A stretch of DNA of 64,000 bases from Eledone cirrhosa (lineage: Eukaryota), in assembly GCA_964016885.1 (NCBI GenBank), contig OZ024747.1:46562001-46626000 (forward strand), written 5' to 3'. The notes under the pieces were generated by a model, which saw only the letters and a program-made list of their open reading frames with translations, had not been told where the DNA came from and made no database searches. Shown here one piece after another: positions 13,560-29,381 of the stretch. Made by a program: the position numbers and the translations under genes. How positions within the stretch are numbered: position 1 is the stretch's first letter; every line of letters starts with the position of its first letter.

Positions 13560-14796
13560 TGTTCCGCAGCAACTTTTGATCCGCAAGGCCGATTTTCCAA
13601 ATTTCTTTTGTAATCAACCACAAACTCATCAGGGCAGGTCTGCACGACATTGCCAATGATCGACTCCCCCTTTGTCCAGGTAAACAATCGATAAAACTGA
13701 CTATAGGTACGACTTTGCACAGAAAAAATCTCTATATCTATAAACATGAAAAAGAAAGAGTGAGAGTGAAAGAAACAGACAGATAAAAGAGGGGGATAGC
13801 GGGAGAGAGCGAGGGCGACAGACGCTGTGTTTGATACATGACAGTGGAAGGGGGGAAGGAATGCTATAACTAATTAACATGTGTGCGTGTGTTCGTGCAG
13901 CGTTCCAGTAAGAGTTAAATCTATTAAGTGAGGATAATACGTCGTTATGTGGACCGAGAAGAACAATTTCATGCAAAGACAAGACCAAGTTTATGGTGTA
14001 AATGGAGTCGTTAGACTAATATTCTAATTACAATAACCGAATTATTTCCAGCCCCGGAGTTTAAGAATGATGTAAATAAAATTGTAAACGAAAATGACAG
14101 AGGTTATTAAAATAGTTGTTTCTACTTTAGGCACAAGGCCAGCAATTATTCAGTATATTACTGGTACTTTATTTTATCGACCCCGTATGGATGAAAGGCA
14201 AGGCTAACCTCGACGGGATTTTAACTTTGCCTTAAAATAGTAAAAGTAAATAGTGAAGATTTAGGCCAGTACATACGTGTGCGCCGACGGACATACACAT
14301 ATATATACATACGCACACACAAATACATACACACACAAAAACACACACACGTGCGCACGCGCGTGTGTATAAACCTTATGCATTTTTACAGTATTTTCAC
14401 CAAACTTAAGACATAGGTTACTTATGTACTCCGGATGGTCATGGGCACTTTCATTTTTCCAGATATTGATTATAGGGCCTCCCGGCAGATAACCCCCTTT
14501 AACCACTTCCTTGGAGTCGACTGAAGCACTGCAGTGCAATGCAACAAAACGTCATAACTTCTGGAGTTCGCAACCGATTTTCACAAAACTTGACACAAGG
14601 GCTGCGTTTGTTCTACAGATGTGAACTCTCAGAATTGGCACATATTGAGTAGGGAACCCCTGGGGGCAGGAACCCCTTTTTGAAAAAGCCGATGATTTTG
14701 TAAAAGTATAGTTTTCGAAGCAGCACTGAAGTATTGACATAAATGGTATACATAACTGCTATTTAATACCCGAGCAACGCCGGGTACCTCTGGTAG
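13501..14796 (+). mobile_element. Non-autonomous Helitron (contains SINE fragment ~14117-14225)
   Basis: 5' region matches the Helitron 5'-end fragment at 6452-6597 (-); 3' hairpin tacccgagcaacgccgggta followed by degenerate GTAG|T. Confidence 0.6.
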
Positions 14797-14800
14797 TATA

Positions 14801-14845
<45 letters not shown>

Positions 14846-14873
14846 TTTTTAATATATATATGGGGGGAGGGAC

Positions 14874-14963
<90 letters not shown>

Positions 14964-15527
14964 ATGACTCTATTGTCTTGGACTTACCTTTCCCTGCTTC
15001 CTCTCGGATTATACGTGACTACTATTTTCCGGATGTTACCTGTTCTGTGTCGGTCTCAATATAAGTGACCATCTTTGTCATGCATTGTTCTATTTAAATG
15101 TCGGGCATTTAATTATTTATATATACTCGCCATATAATTTCACATAAGTTTTCTTTTACTTGTTATGTTTACTTTATTGCTTATGTCTACGATGTGTAAT
15201 GAATGCATTTTTATTTCATTTTCCGTCTTGTAAAAGGATTGTCTTTAACTATTTCGTGAGACACCGTTATCCCGAATGAGTCAGATTGAAATATGTATGT
15301 AAAGTATTGAAAGCATGGGGCGTCTACGCAGACGCAAATACCGACTAACAACACACACACACTCATATAAGTGAGTATGTTTGTGAGTACATATGTAATG
15401 TCATTAGAATTGCCATTGGAATTATACGAATAAGTTTATAGATTTATGAGAGCGTGTACATACTAGTAAATATATAATTACCCCCCCCCCCCACACACAC
15501 ACACTCATAAACAAAGACATATATGTG

Positions 15528-15563
<36 letters not shown>

Positions 15564-15590
15564 CATGTAAATTTGATTTGTATATATATA

Positions 15591-15750
15591 CTAGCTGAGG
15601 AACCCAGCTTCGCCAAGGTTAACAAATGATAAGAGAAGACTGACAGAAGAGAAAACGTCTGTATTGAATGCATTGTCTCGTTTACAGTGTGTGTGTATTG
15701 TGTGTGTGTGTGTGTTTGTGTATATATATACATGTGTGTGTGTGTATATA

Positions 15751-15816
<66 letters not shown>

Positions 15817-17403
15817 CCTGTGTGAGTGTTCATGTGTGTGCGTGTGCGTGTGCGTATGCGTGTGTGTGTGTGTAAACCACCGTTGGAATCGGAGACATAG
15901 GCCGCGAAATACGATCATCACTGACAACGAACTCGCAGAGAGAATCCCTTATGGTTGATTCCCAACCTGCTAGAAATAGCAGTCAGGCTGGTTAGCATAC
16001 GTGGTATGTCTTTCTTCTTTGGTGTTATAACATTAGTATCAATAAACTTGCCTGGATATACTCTTATCCCAATCCTGTACATACTTTCCGATTGTCACTT
16101 TTCGTTTTTTTCGTGTGACACGCGAAGGAACCAACCAACAAACATCTCTCTTTTATATCTCTTTTATTTGTTTATTCAAAATATTTTTCAGCTAATTCTG
16201 TCATTCAATATACATCAGCAATCGTTATCTAATGTCTAAAACATATGAATAGCTGCGATATATGCCTCATATCAATCAAAAACGATATGAGAATTGAATA
16301 CCATACTAAAGCGCCAGTAAGCTTGCTAAGAACCTGCAGATAGAAATGTTAATAAATACAACATTTGGCTTGGGTAAACTTTAAGATGTTCTTTCATTGT
16401 AGGTTTCTTTTCTCAGCCAGTACGTTAAAGAAAATTGATAGTTACAACAATACATGTTGAACTGAGAACAAATTTTTTAACAAACTTTACAATACTTGGT
16501 ACAACCATAATGGAAATTCCAAGTAACAGAAAATACATAAATTACATTATTAGAGCCTCAGAGTATACAATATTTTTTGTTCAGCCCTCGGGAGCAAAGG
16601 TGAAGAAATTGTTTGGCGAGCTCACTCTAGAGCACCTACATACAATTGACCATGGTTTTCCCAGATGAAGGCCAACCCCTTTTAGGATTTGACCCTGAGC
16701 TTTGTTGATGGTAATCGCGAAACTTAGTCTCTCTGTTGCTCTAGTAACATTTTTTCTTCTGGAAAATCTGACTTGCGGCCAGGCTAGGACTTTTTGGGTG
16801 GCATATCGGCAGTAACAATGACGATAAACCGTCTGTGGTTTTGTGAAATAAATACGTTTGTTATAACATTTTTTCTTCTGGAAAATCTGATCTTGCAGCC
16901 AGGCTAGGACTTTTTGGGTGGCATATCGGCAGTAACAATGACGATAAACTGCCTGTGCTTTCGTGAAATAAATACGTTTGTTTATAGTTTGTTTTTGTGT
17001 ATGCAAAAATATCTGTACACGAATATATAATTATAAGTTTAAGCAAAGAATCGCTGCTTTCAACCTTAACGGGATATTCTGAAACTAAAAAAAAATCAAT
17101 CTGTGAACGCAGAAGTAAATATTTCGAAAAACGTTGCAACCGAAAGAAAACAGGAAGACGATACTTTGGTTCGTGAAGACGTTGGGAATGTTGTATAACT
17201 GGAATTGTTGATATTTGAAAATTTTAAAGAAGTGAATATTTAAATGATATCTTTAATCTTTTAACAAAATTCAGTAGACGAAAATACCTTCACTTTCTTA
17301 CTTGGAAAAAGTTACATCTATGGTGCAAATTTGGTGCCGTTTGGCCCAGCCGCTTGGCGGAACGTTTGTTACTTACATAAAGCCGTCAGCTTTATAGTAT
17401 AAA
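15591..17403 (-). mobile_element. Deleted Helitron with Pif1 C-terminal remnant
   Basis: CTAG at 15591-15594 with hairpin aaccttggcgaagctgggtt; LSFAITINKAQGQILKGVGLHL at ~16660-16730; 120-bp tandem duplication ~16745-16980; 5' end approximate. Confidence 0.65.
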
Positions 17404-17418
17404 TTTACATGTACGTAG

Positions 17419-17473
<55 letters not shown>

Positions 17474-17540
17474 TACATACACATACACACATATACATAA
17501 ATATAGATGTTTATATATATGGATATATATATATATATAT

Positions 17541-17576
<36 letters not shown>

Positions 17577-17582
17577 TATATA

Positions 17583-18190
17583 AATGGAAAAAATGAAATT
17601 TCATTTCTCACTCTTAGTACGGCTGATACTTAAATATAAGTATGTATACGTACATACATATATGTATACAGACGTACAGTAGTATGTATATACATACACA
17701 CATACACACACATATATATATATGCACGTATGGGTTTACCGAACATTTATTATAATGTTCGGTTTGTTTGTAAACAAACAACCCGAATTAAGCCGTACAG
17801 TGTTCGGCAACCATCGTCGCCCTTTTGTTCAACAGTGAAAAAGGAACGGTGAACTAGTTTCTAGCTTATTAACTGTCATCAGCACCGTATACCTTCCTGT
17901 CAGTCGATTAAACGTTTGAAAGTATATACTTTCCCTATGCATATTAACTAGAAACTAGTTCCTCGTTCCTTTGTCAGTGTTGAACAAAAGGGCAACGATG
18001 GTTGCCGAACACTGTACGGCTTAATTCGGGGTGTTTGTTTACAAACAAACCGAGCATTATAATAAATGTTCGGTAAACCCATACGTACATATATATATAT
18101 ATGTCTGTGTGTGTGCATGTGTGTATGTATATACATACTACTGTACGTCTGTATACATATATGTATGTACGTATACATACTTATATTTAT
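17583..18190. mobile_element. Family A HHR repeat as an inverted pair (junction 17947/17948)
   Basis: Left arm carries a full HHR at 17848-17886 (-); right arm starts at the GAAAC half; the arms differ by several substitutions. Confidence 0.85.
17848..17886 (-). ncRNA. Minimal type I hammerhead ribozyme (family A)
   Basis: ggtg CTGATGA cagttaataagcta GAAAC TA GTT cacc. Confidence 0.85.
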
Positions 18191-18195
18191 ATACA

Positions 18196-18258
<63 letters not shown>

Positions 18259-18599
18259 TACATGTATACACACACACACACATACACACACACACGCACA
18301 CACATATATATATATATATATGCGTTTGAGACCTCGTGTGAATCTGTCCATAATGGTACATCCCTCTATAACTACTAATACTATGTATACATACAATTAT
18401 TACATCAACCGATTGAATCAGTTAATTCATTTACGGCCCACTACATAAGAACTCCTCGCAGTTTTATGATATCAAACATTGTGGTATTGTTATTTTATTT
18501 TATTTTATCTTTTATTGTCCAATTTGATAGATAGATTTTGTAGTCTTGGTAGTATACCCTTGTCTATTATTTGCAGAGAAAATGATTAGAACTTTCCTA

Positions 18600-18697
<98 letters not shown>

Positions 18698-18810
18698 AAA
18701 ACCATATTTATTTTATTATATGTATTTGAAGTTTAGATAGTATCCAAACTAAACCTGAACTGATAAGGTCTGGTTTCTTGGGTATGTCAACATTTATAAA
18801 ACAAATTTTG

Positions 18811-18871
18811 TATTTTATCTGATGAGGGCGTACCAAAATTTTGGTACCCTTGAAATATATTTAATAAAATA
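18811..18871 (+). ncRNA. Type I hammerhead ribozyme motif
   Basis: tattttat CTGATGA gggcgtaccaaaattttggtaccctt GAAAT atattta ataaaata; helices I and II pair. Confidence 0.75.
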
Positions 18872-18912
18872 AATATGGTTTTATAAATATAGTTTCCATT
18901 TATTAATATCAT

Positions 18913-18944
<32 letters not shown>

Positions 18945-18949
<5 letters not shown>

Positions 18950-19962
18950 TAAAATGGCGAGCTGTGTGTATAATGAAAATAAAAGTTACAGGCGAAAGAG
19001 GGTAAAATCCATCGTCAGTTTTCTGCTAGGAATCATAGGTATTTCTTCGCATTAGAGACAATATACCTCAGCCTAGGGCGAACAATAACAATAACTGAAA
19101 TAAGTTATTGGGATAAAAAAGGGGGGAGAGAAAGAACAATGTAAACAGACACGAAGGGTGAAGCAACGAAAAGAGAGGAAAAATATCAAGTCAAAAACTC
19201 ATTTCGAACGTAAGTTCTGGTGGGTTCGACGAGAAAAAAAGACACAACTTCACTGTAGTCGTGTGAGCGAGAGAAGAGACTGCTTACAGTGGGGGACGAG
19301 GGAGGAAGTGAGCTAGCGGAGAGAGGGTGACTAGCAGAGAGGGCGTGAGTGAAAGTAAGAGGAAGCGAGAGAGAGAGATAGTTATAGTGGCAGGCTAGCC
19401 GAGAGAAGGTGACTAGCAGAAGAGGGAGAAGGAGAGAGAAGGGGGCGAGAGAGGATTGCAACAACGGGAGAGAAAAGAGACGGGTCACAGCGGAGAAGGA
19501 AATTATGTGAATAAAATGGCGAGCTGTGTGGTTGCAATTAAGTATAATGAAGTTAGGGTGAAAGGTTAAAATCCATCGTCAGTTGTCTGCTAGGAATCAT
19601 AGGTATTTCTTCGCGTTAGAGACAAGATACCTCAGCCTAGGGTGAACAATAACTAAAATAAATTATTGGGTTAAAAAAAAGGGAGGAGTGAGAGAAAAAT
19701 GTAGACAAACACGAAGCTCTCCGCAAGCTCACTTACTCCTTCGTCCCCCACTGTAAACAGTCTCTTCTCTCGCTCACACGACTACAGTGAAGACGTCTTT
19801 TTTTCTCGTCGAACCCACCAGAACTTACGTTCAAAATGCGTTGTTGACTTGATTTTTTCCTCTCTTTTCGTTGCTTCACCCTTCGTGTCTGTTTACATTT
19901 TTCTCTCTCTCCCCTCCTTTTTTATTCCAATAACTTATTTTAGTTATTGTTTGCTCTATATA

Positions 19963-20023
<61 letters not shown>

Positions 20024-20083
20024 AAGGCAAACAATAACTAAAATAAGTTTTATATATATATAACTTATTTTAGTTATTGTTTG

Positions 20084-20090
<7 letters not shown>
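18945..20090. repeat. Family E repeat: tandem plus inverted copies (third copy ~23990-24295)
   Basis: aataaaatggcgagctgtg starts units at ~18948 and ~19510; ~19080-19310 is inverted at ~19725-19950. Confidence 0.7.
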
Positions 20091-20151
<61 letters not shown>

Positions 20152-20196
20152 TTCTACAGGACTAGAACTGTTTCATTCTTTAGAAATCATCAGGAA
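20152..20196 (-). ncRNA. Type I hammerhead ribozyme motif
   Basis: ttc CTGATGA tttctaaagaat GAAACAG ttctagtc CTGTA gaa. Confidence 0.8.
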
Positions 20197-20208
20197 TATA
20201 TATATATA

Positions 20209-20480
20209 TATTAAAATATAAGTATTAATAAAATAGATGTTCTTTTGATCAATTACATTTTATTATACATATTTCGGATGTACAACAGTACGTCCTCATC
20301 AGACAAAATATAATGATACATGACTACCTTGTTTAAATCTTAACCATTTAACATCTCAGGGTATGTCATGTATCATTATATTTTGTCTGATGAGGACGCA
20401 CTGTTGTACATCCGAAATATGTATAATAAAATGTAATTGATCAAAAGAAAATCTATTTTATTAATACTTATATTTTAATA
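20209..20480. mobile_element. Fold-back element with an HHR in each arm (20257-20309 minus, 20380-20432 plus)
   Basis: attttgt CTGATGA ggacgcactgttgtacatcc GAAAT atgtata ataaaat; ~115-bp arms with ~40-nt spacer. Confidence 0.8.
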
Positions 20481-20593
20481 TTAATAACTCCTGAAAATTA
20501 TTATACCGTTGAGTGCTTCCAATCTACTGTAAAACTCATTCTTTGACATAATCATTGAATATTGTTTAAAAAATTAATACTTATATATATATA

Positions 20594-20635
<42 letters not shown>

Positions 20636-20645
20636 CATGCATACG

Positions 20646-20727
<82 letters not shown>

Positions 20728-20774
20728 TATATACACACATACATGCATACGTATATATACATATATATATATAT

Positions 20775-20963
20775 AGGAACAAGACCCCGACGGCTGAGCT
20801 CAAGCCGTTTCGACGGCTAATTCAGTACAGAATTAGCCGTCGAAACGGCTTGAGCTCAGCCGTCGGGGTCTTACTTGTTCCTATCACCCACTCTACTACC
20901 CTAAGTAGTGAGTACTTTGGTGCGTTATGGTCCACCTGGTTCCTTACCACATTTCCTTCGTTA
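20775..20963 (+). mobile_element. Family C fold-back half-HHR element
   Basis: Hairpin ccccgacggctgagctcaagccgtttcgacggctaatt / aattagccgtcGAAACggcttgagctcagccGTCgggg, in (TA)n. Confidence 0.75.
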
Positions 20964-21454
20964 TATATATAAATAGATAGATGGATATATATATATATAT
21001 ATATCCATCTATCTATTTATTTATCTATCTGTCTATCTATCTATGCCTCTCTTTCTACATGCCTCCCCCCCCCCTCTGTCTACCTCTATATCTCTCTAAC
21101 GTTGTATTTATATAATAATCCACCTGTGTGTCTGACTCCTTTGCTCAGACTTTCTATCTCGCTGTCTGTCTACAGCACAGTCTCTATATCTGTCTATCTG
21201 TTTTTCTATCTTTTTGCCGATCTATCTCTCTATCCATCTGTCTTCCAGTCTTATCTATATAACATCTATCTATCAGTCTATCAGTATATAGTATATATTT
21301 TTCACATGAATCACATTAAGAGTATGCAGAAAATATGTGTTTCCTAAAGCACAAATATTTTGTATACATGATATTCTTGTGTAATATTTCTCCAATACAA
21401 TGGTTTATAATGACTGAAGACAGACGTGGGAGCAGTCCTCTCCTTTGCTTTATG

Positions 21455-21537
<83 letters not shown>

Positions 21538-21679
21538 GAATGTAGAAAGGTAACACACGAGTTGCTATATATAAAAACAAACAGTAGAAAGGAAAAAGAT
21601 TTTTTATAATGTATACAAAATGTTTGTGCTTTAGGAAAAACTTATTTTCTGCATACTCTTATATATATCTGCACATCCA

Positions 21680-22665
21680 CCCACGTTGTCTATGCTCTCC
21701 GGTGTTCCATTTGCAGGTCTTTATATATCAGACAAACGGGACGCCGTATGGCGGAGCGTTTTGCCGAGCATTTGAGGGACATACGACTCGGTTTGGATAC
21801 TCCTATCGCCCGTCATTTCTGTTCTCCTGGTAATTCTTCCCTACATGTTTCAGTCCTAGGTGTCTTTTACATCATGGATCACAGGTCTCGCGCACCAGGA
21901 CTGAACAAAGTCTGATTCACCGCCTTGGGTCCTATTCCCCTCTTGGACTCAACTCACCTCCCCAATTTCTCTAATACCCCGTCCATTATCAAACCCCTAG
22001 ATTCCTATCGCTTTCTCTTGATAATTAACATCTTCTCTTACAACTAATACAGACCGACTATATATGCTCACTCCATTTCACTGCTCTGTATACACACATA
22101 CACACGCTATATTAACATACTTTTGCTCATAGCTTCGTACTTACATGCACACACACTGTTTTACTTACATATACACACACATTTCTTCTTAGCTACGTAC
22201 GGACGTTTAATAATACACACAATATAACACACACAATAACACACACACACACAAATAACACACACACACAAACGCGCGCGCGCGCACACACAGAAACACA
22301 CACGCACACATGCTTATTCACGTGCACAAGTATAGTTCTTTTTACAAAACGTTTTTTTTCCATTTCCGGTAGACGGTCTCCATCATCCACTTTTCAAAAA
22401 ATATATCATACACAAAACGCCAGCACCAACAGATTTGCAAGAGATGTGAACATGAATGGACCTGTTATTTTTATCTAAAAACATTTTTTCCAATTCCAAC
22501 GCGCCCGTCCCCTCAATCTATCTTATTTCTCATTATTTCTTCTGATGAAGGACTAGCGTCCGAAACGTTAAGACCCTGTTCCTGCTATATCAAGCGTTAA
22601 CCTAATATATCGCTTCCATATACTGTAACGATTGTGTTGTTATCTCTGTTTACCTTTTACACACA
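21680..22665 (+). mobile_element. Penelope-like element 3' fragment: GIY-YIG remnant, 3' UTR and HHR
   Basis: Translates ..CRSLYIRQTGRRMAERFAEHLRDIR..PIARHF..EQSLIHRLGSYSPLGLN; HHR at 22538-22573. Confidence 0.8.
22538..22573 (+). ncRNA. Minimal type I hammerhead ribozyme
   Basis: tctt CTGATGA aggactagcgtcc GAAAC GTT aaga; loopless palindromic helix III (ACGT). Confidence 0.85.
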
Positions 22666-22671
22666 CACACA

Positions 22672-22718
<47 letters not shown>

Positions 22719-23255
22719 CAAGGACGAATGGTTACCCGTTCATTACGTTTATTGGTTGGTGACGCGCGTTTCGCTTCTGATCAAGGTTCAATCTGTATCG
22801 ATCTCGACTCTGGGATGAAAAGCTCGTCGGAGCTCTGCGGTAGTAATTGAGGACAGCATAGAAGCGAGTTAAAGGAATTCGAAAAATTAAGGAACCAATT
22901 TTGATTAACCGATTAAAGCCAGAATTAAATAACAGGTCAGAAAGGAACAAGGTGGAATGGTTACTGTAGCAAGCCCACGCACGCGCATACATGCTTCCAA
23001 CACATAGGACCAGTTGCAGAAGTAGGGTCAAATCGTTCGCTTGTTTTATCAAAGCCTGTTTCGGCCCTCCACCGGAAAAGAGTGTTTTAGCCCCGAAATA
23101 TCGTGCCATAATTTACTTTATTTTTTTTTGTTTCAAGATTTGCCCTCAGTATTTTCTACCATGTTGTATAGACTATTAAAAAAACATTACCAGTCATTTG
23201 GTACTTAACTCACAAAGCTTCGTATTAACCACACTACTGCATATATATACATACA

Positions 23256-23601
<346 letters not shown>

Positions 23602-24309
23602 TACGGCTCGGAAAAATCTTTTTCCTAGAGCTAATTTACTGTAATGAGACTATTTTGAGTGTCTAACTCAATACATGCTTTTGATATATATATATATACA
23701 TATATATTTCTTTAAGTCGTTTGGAAGCCTCGACAATGCAGATGGGTAAATCTCCGGGCAACAGGATCCGTTGGTAGAGAGAGAGATGTAAGTGGGTGTA
23801 CGTTGAGATGCGTGGCGTGTATAAGACGTGTAGAGGAATGAAGGATAGAGCGTAAAGGATAAAAATAGAAATAACAACACGAGAGAGAGTTACCTTGGGA
23901 GAGATTTAATTGTCCCTATATATTTCGGATTCACATCCATCAACTGGGGGCATTTTCCGGGGTGGGGGAAAGGTTATCTGTATATATATGAATAAAAAAT
24001 GGCGAGCTGTGTTGTTGCATACAAGTATAATAAATGAAAATTAGAAATAGAAGTTAGGAATATCCGTCATCAGTTGTCTACTAGCCATCATAGGCATTTC
24101 TTCGCATTACAGACAATATACCTCCAGCTAGGGAGATACAATAACTAAAATAAGTTATTGGGATAAAAAGAGTTGGAGAAAGAGAGACGTGTAAACAAAG
24201 ATGAATGGTGAGGCAACGTAAAGAGAGGAAAAATGAAATAATCGAGTCAATAATTCATTTCAAACATAAGAACGGGGGAATTTTGACGAGAAGGTAAATA
24301 TATATATAT

Positions 24310-24628
<319 letters not shown>

Positions 24629-25052
24629 GTGTGTGTGGGGGTGTGCGTGTATGTATGCATGTATAGTGATTGCTTTCCGAATAAATTGTGATTGCATTTC
24701 TGCTTAACACTTGTAGTGAAAGCTGAGAGCGTCAATTGTTGACTCATAATCTATTCAGTATATTATATATATTTCTTATGTTACCTTTATATTTCATAGT
24801 ATGTTTACTGTTATATCCGCTTCCTTCACGAATTCAAGCTTTTTATACACAACATTCCATTTCATTTCAGTCGCCATTCAATGATGTGTCGTCATCTTGC
24901 AGTCGTGGAAATAGACAACGCTCTAGGTCTTGTCAATATACAATGAATTTAATTACTTCTCTATAACATACACACATACACATAAACACACACACACCGC
25001 ATATATATATTTATGTATATATATATATATGTGTGTGTCTGTGTGTGTATGA

Positions 25053-25087
<35 letters not shown>

Positions 25088-25179
25088 AATATAAATATAT
25101 ATATGTTTATACACGGACACACATATAATTATATATACGCACATATATATATATATACATGTATATACACACATTTATG

Positions 25180-25301
<122 letters not shown>

Positions 25302-25854
25302 TCCATATTCATTACTCACAATGTACTTTAATCCGCATTATTAATCACCAGGGAAGAGAATGTTAGGGTAATTGTCGGGGCAAATACATTAACGGTAGCA
25401 AGGAGCTGTTTCCGCCCCCCCCCCCTCCTCACGGGCTGCAATTTTGGCCGATTCGATTGTGCCAAAAGTCATAATATAATCAATATTGAGAAATTATTTC
25501 CAGCCGGTTTCCATCGCTAGAAAAATTGGTTACCGTTCAATAGTAAATTATGAAAAGGTAACATTGAGAAATATATTCATTCTTATAATGGCTGAAATAT
25601 TCCAGTCAGCAACGTTTAGCTCCGTATTTGACCAGACAACGGCGAAGAGATACTGTGTCTGGATATAGATTTTAATGTCGCAATTGTGTCTACTTAGACG
25701 GCAAAAATAAGTCAATTGCTTCAATAAACAATATCAGATTAACTAAGGTCGTTAATGTCAACGAATCAATTATGAAGATGATGTGCATCGAGGTGGCCTC
25801 ACTTTCTACGAAAACGGTTTCTTGTTCTCGGTATATATATACATATGTATGTGT

Positions 25855-25910
<56 letters not shown>

Positions 25911-25915
25911 ATGTA

Positions 25916-25969
<54 letters not shown>

Positions 25970-26173
25970 TGTAAAAATATATATATATCTGTGTGTGTGT
26001 GTGTGCGTGTGTGTGCGTGTGTGTGCGTGTGCGTGCGTACGTGTGTGTGTGGGTATAGTTTAAATTTGTATAAATTATATGAGCTTAATATTCACAGAGC
26101 TTTCTTGGTTGAGTAACATCAACAATATATAATTTATAGATATGGATTTAACCTAGTTGTATATATATATATA

Positions 26174-26980
<807 letters not shown>

Positions 26981-26993
26981 CCGAAAGTCAAAC

Positions 26994-28063
26994 TTTGTTC
27001 ATACTGCCTGCCCACCGGGGTGTTATGGTTCGGGCAGGAGGACCCAGTTCGTAGTTTTCATGTCACAGTCGCCTCCCGGGCAAAATACGACGCCTGTACC
27101 CGGTGTTTACAATTAATAACTGATTCTGCTCGGCTGTTTAAGAGCTCATGGGGTGTTCTTATGATGTAGTACAGCTCCATGAGGCAGAGCTGGCATTTCC
27201 CCCTGAAGTTGTAGGGTGCAGCCCTACTGACAATATCCCAGTGTGTGGAGAAGCTTATGTTGGCGTCTTGCAATGTGGTGACGTAGTTGGCAAGCGATGT
27301 GGAGTGCCTTAAATTTTTGTTCCTGAAAGAGGAACAAAAACAAACATCGCTTGCCAACTACGTCACCACATTGCAAGACGCCAACATAAGCTCATCCACA
27401 CACTGGGATATTGTCAGTAGGGCTGCACCCTACAACTTCAGAAGAAAATGCCAGCTCTGCCTCATGGAGCTGTACTACATCATAAGAACACCACATGAGC
27501 TCCTAAACAGCCGAGCAGAATCAGTTATTAATTGTAAACACCGGGTACAGGCGTCGTATTTTGCCCGGGAGGCGACTGTGACATGAAAACTACGAACGGG
27601 GTCCTCCTGCCCGAACCATAACACCCCGGTGGGCAGGCAGTATGAACAAACATCTGTGAACCAAATGTACACCGCAGACCATACTCGAACAAACATTAGT
27701 GAAGCAACATCCACTAAATAATAAATGGACACTCCAGACCCGACCTGTACTGGCACTAGGGAAACAACACACATAATATAAAGATGCTAAACATCAGCAT
27801 ATGAACAGGCATTAAAATCCACATGGGATTGATTGCTTGAACACCGGCCAGAGTTACTCCCAATGCTCTGTGATAATAAAAACACATGCACATAGAGGAA
27901 AATGAATGATGATGTTAGTTTAACCGTAAATTCCCTCCTGGGTCCTATATTGAACATTATTTTGCTTTCCATGCCCTTGATAAGCCCGCTCAGGGCGAAA
28001 CCTACGTAGGTGCACTATTATATAAACATGTTTTAACGGTTTTAAACTCTTTGTATTCATTTC

Positions 28064-28068
<5 letters not shown>
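26994..28068 (+). mobile_element. Penelope-like element 3' end with inverted 5' duplication
   Basis: C-terminus HWDIVSRAAPY..KCQLCLMELYYI..LLNSRAE..CKHR (27344-27586) mirrored at 26994-27300; degenerate HHR TTGATAA gcccgctcagggc GAAACctacGTA at ~27972-28013; related pLTR at ~6235-6305 (-). Confidence 0.75.
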
Positions 28069-28119
<51 letters not shown>

Positions 28120-28122
<3 letters not shown>

Positions 28123-28496
28123 AAAGAAAATTTTCGCTCTACATGGCTAAATACAATAAATGTAATCTGAGTTTTTCGAATATTAATAATATTAAGATTC
28201 GATTCGTTTGTAATTCGTTTGTAAAGCCTCAATTTTATAGCAAATCAGGCCTACCAGTCACTGTATTTTTGAAAATAGCATATATTTTCAATAGCTCTGA
28301 CAGTTTGGCAGGTGAATAGTGAGCTGTACTGATGAAGGGTGAAACCCAGAAACATTAGCGTCTGCAGTTCTGTTCACATGCCAACACAAGAGCAAGAATG
28401 AAGTGTTCATTCCACTGACATGGCTATAAAATTAAGACTTGTTCGCATAATTGCAAACGAATCAAATGTTATTAATATTCGAAAAACTCAGATTAC

Positions 28497-28501
<5 letters not shown>
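28120..28501. mobile_element. Family B HHR repeat with inverted arm; HHR at 28321-28370 (+)
   Basis: gagctgta CTGATGA agggtgaaaccca GAAAC attagc GTC tgcagttc; ~28157-28241 inverted at ~28422-28501. Confidence 0.85.
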
Positions 28502-28536
<35 letters not shown>

Positions 28537-28543
28537 TTGTGTG

Positions 28544-28600
<57 letters not shown>

Positions 28601-28681
28601 ACACATATTCTATGTATATATATATATATTTATATATATATGTGTGTGTGTGTATATTTATATATGTACGCATATTATATG

Positions 28682-28754
<73 letters not shown>

Positions 28755-28870
28755 TGAAACAAAATGAAAACGAAATTTCATTTCTCACTCTTAGTATGGC
28801 ACTTACTTAAATGTAAGTATGCATGTATACGTACATACATATATGTATACAGACGTACAGTAGCATGCAC

Positions 28871-28905
<35 letters not shown>

Positions 28906-29064
28906 TATACATATGCATACAGGTACACATACATATATGCACGTATCAGTTTAGCGGCGCTAACGTCGCTTTGTTCGTTTGTAAACAAACTGAACAGCCT
29001 GAATTTATGCCATACGGTGTTAAGGCAACCACGTCACCTTTTTGTTCAACACTGACACAGGAAC

Positions 29065-29103
29065 GATGTACTAGTTTCAAGCTTGTTAGCTATCATCAGC
29101 ACC
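29065..29103 (-). ncRNA. Minimal type I HHR (repeated at 29541-29579 and 30017-30055)
   Basis: ggtg CTGATGA tagctaacaagctt GAAAC TA GTA catc. Confidence 0.9.
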
Positions 29104-29346
29104 GTTTACCCATCTGCCAGATAGTTGAACGTTCGAAAGTATATACTTTCCTTATGAAAATTAACGGCTGAGCAGCCTAATTTGCATATTGAGTGAGTTA
29201 AATCGGTTAGGCATACCGAAAACGATAAATTGAAACAAAATGAAAACGAAATTTCATTTCTCACTCTTAGTATGGCACTTACTTAAATGTAAGTATGCAT
29301 GTATACGTACATACATATATGTATACAGACGTACAGTAGCATGCAC

Positions 29347-29381
<35 letters not shown>

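Noticed and set aside
22720-22836. HHR-like CCGACGA..GAAACGCGCGTC on the minus strand (related 3' half at ~5570)
   Set aside because: Helix I does not pair; plausible degenerate pLTR but not counted
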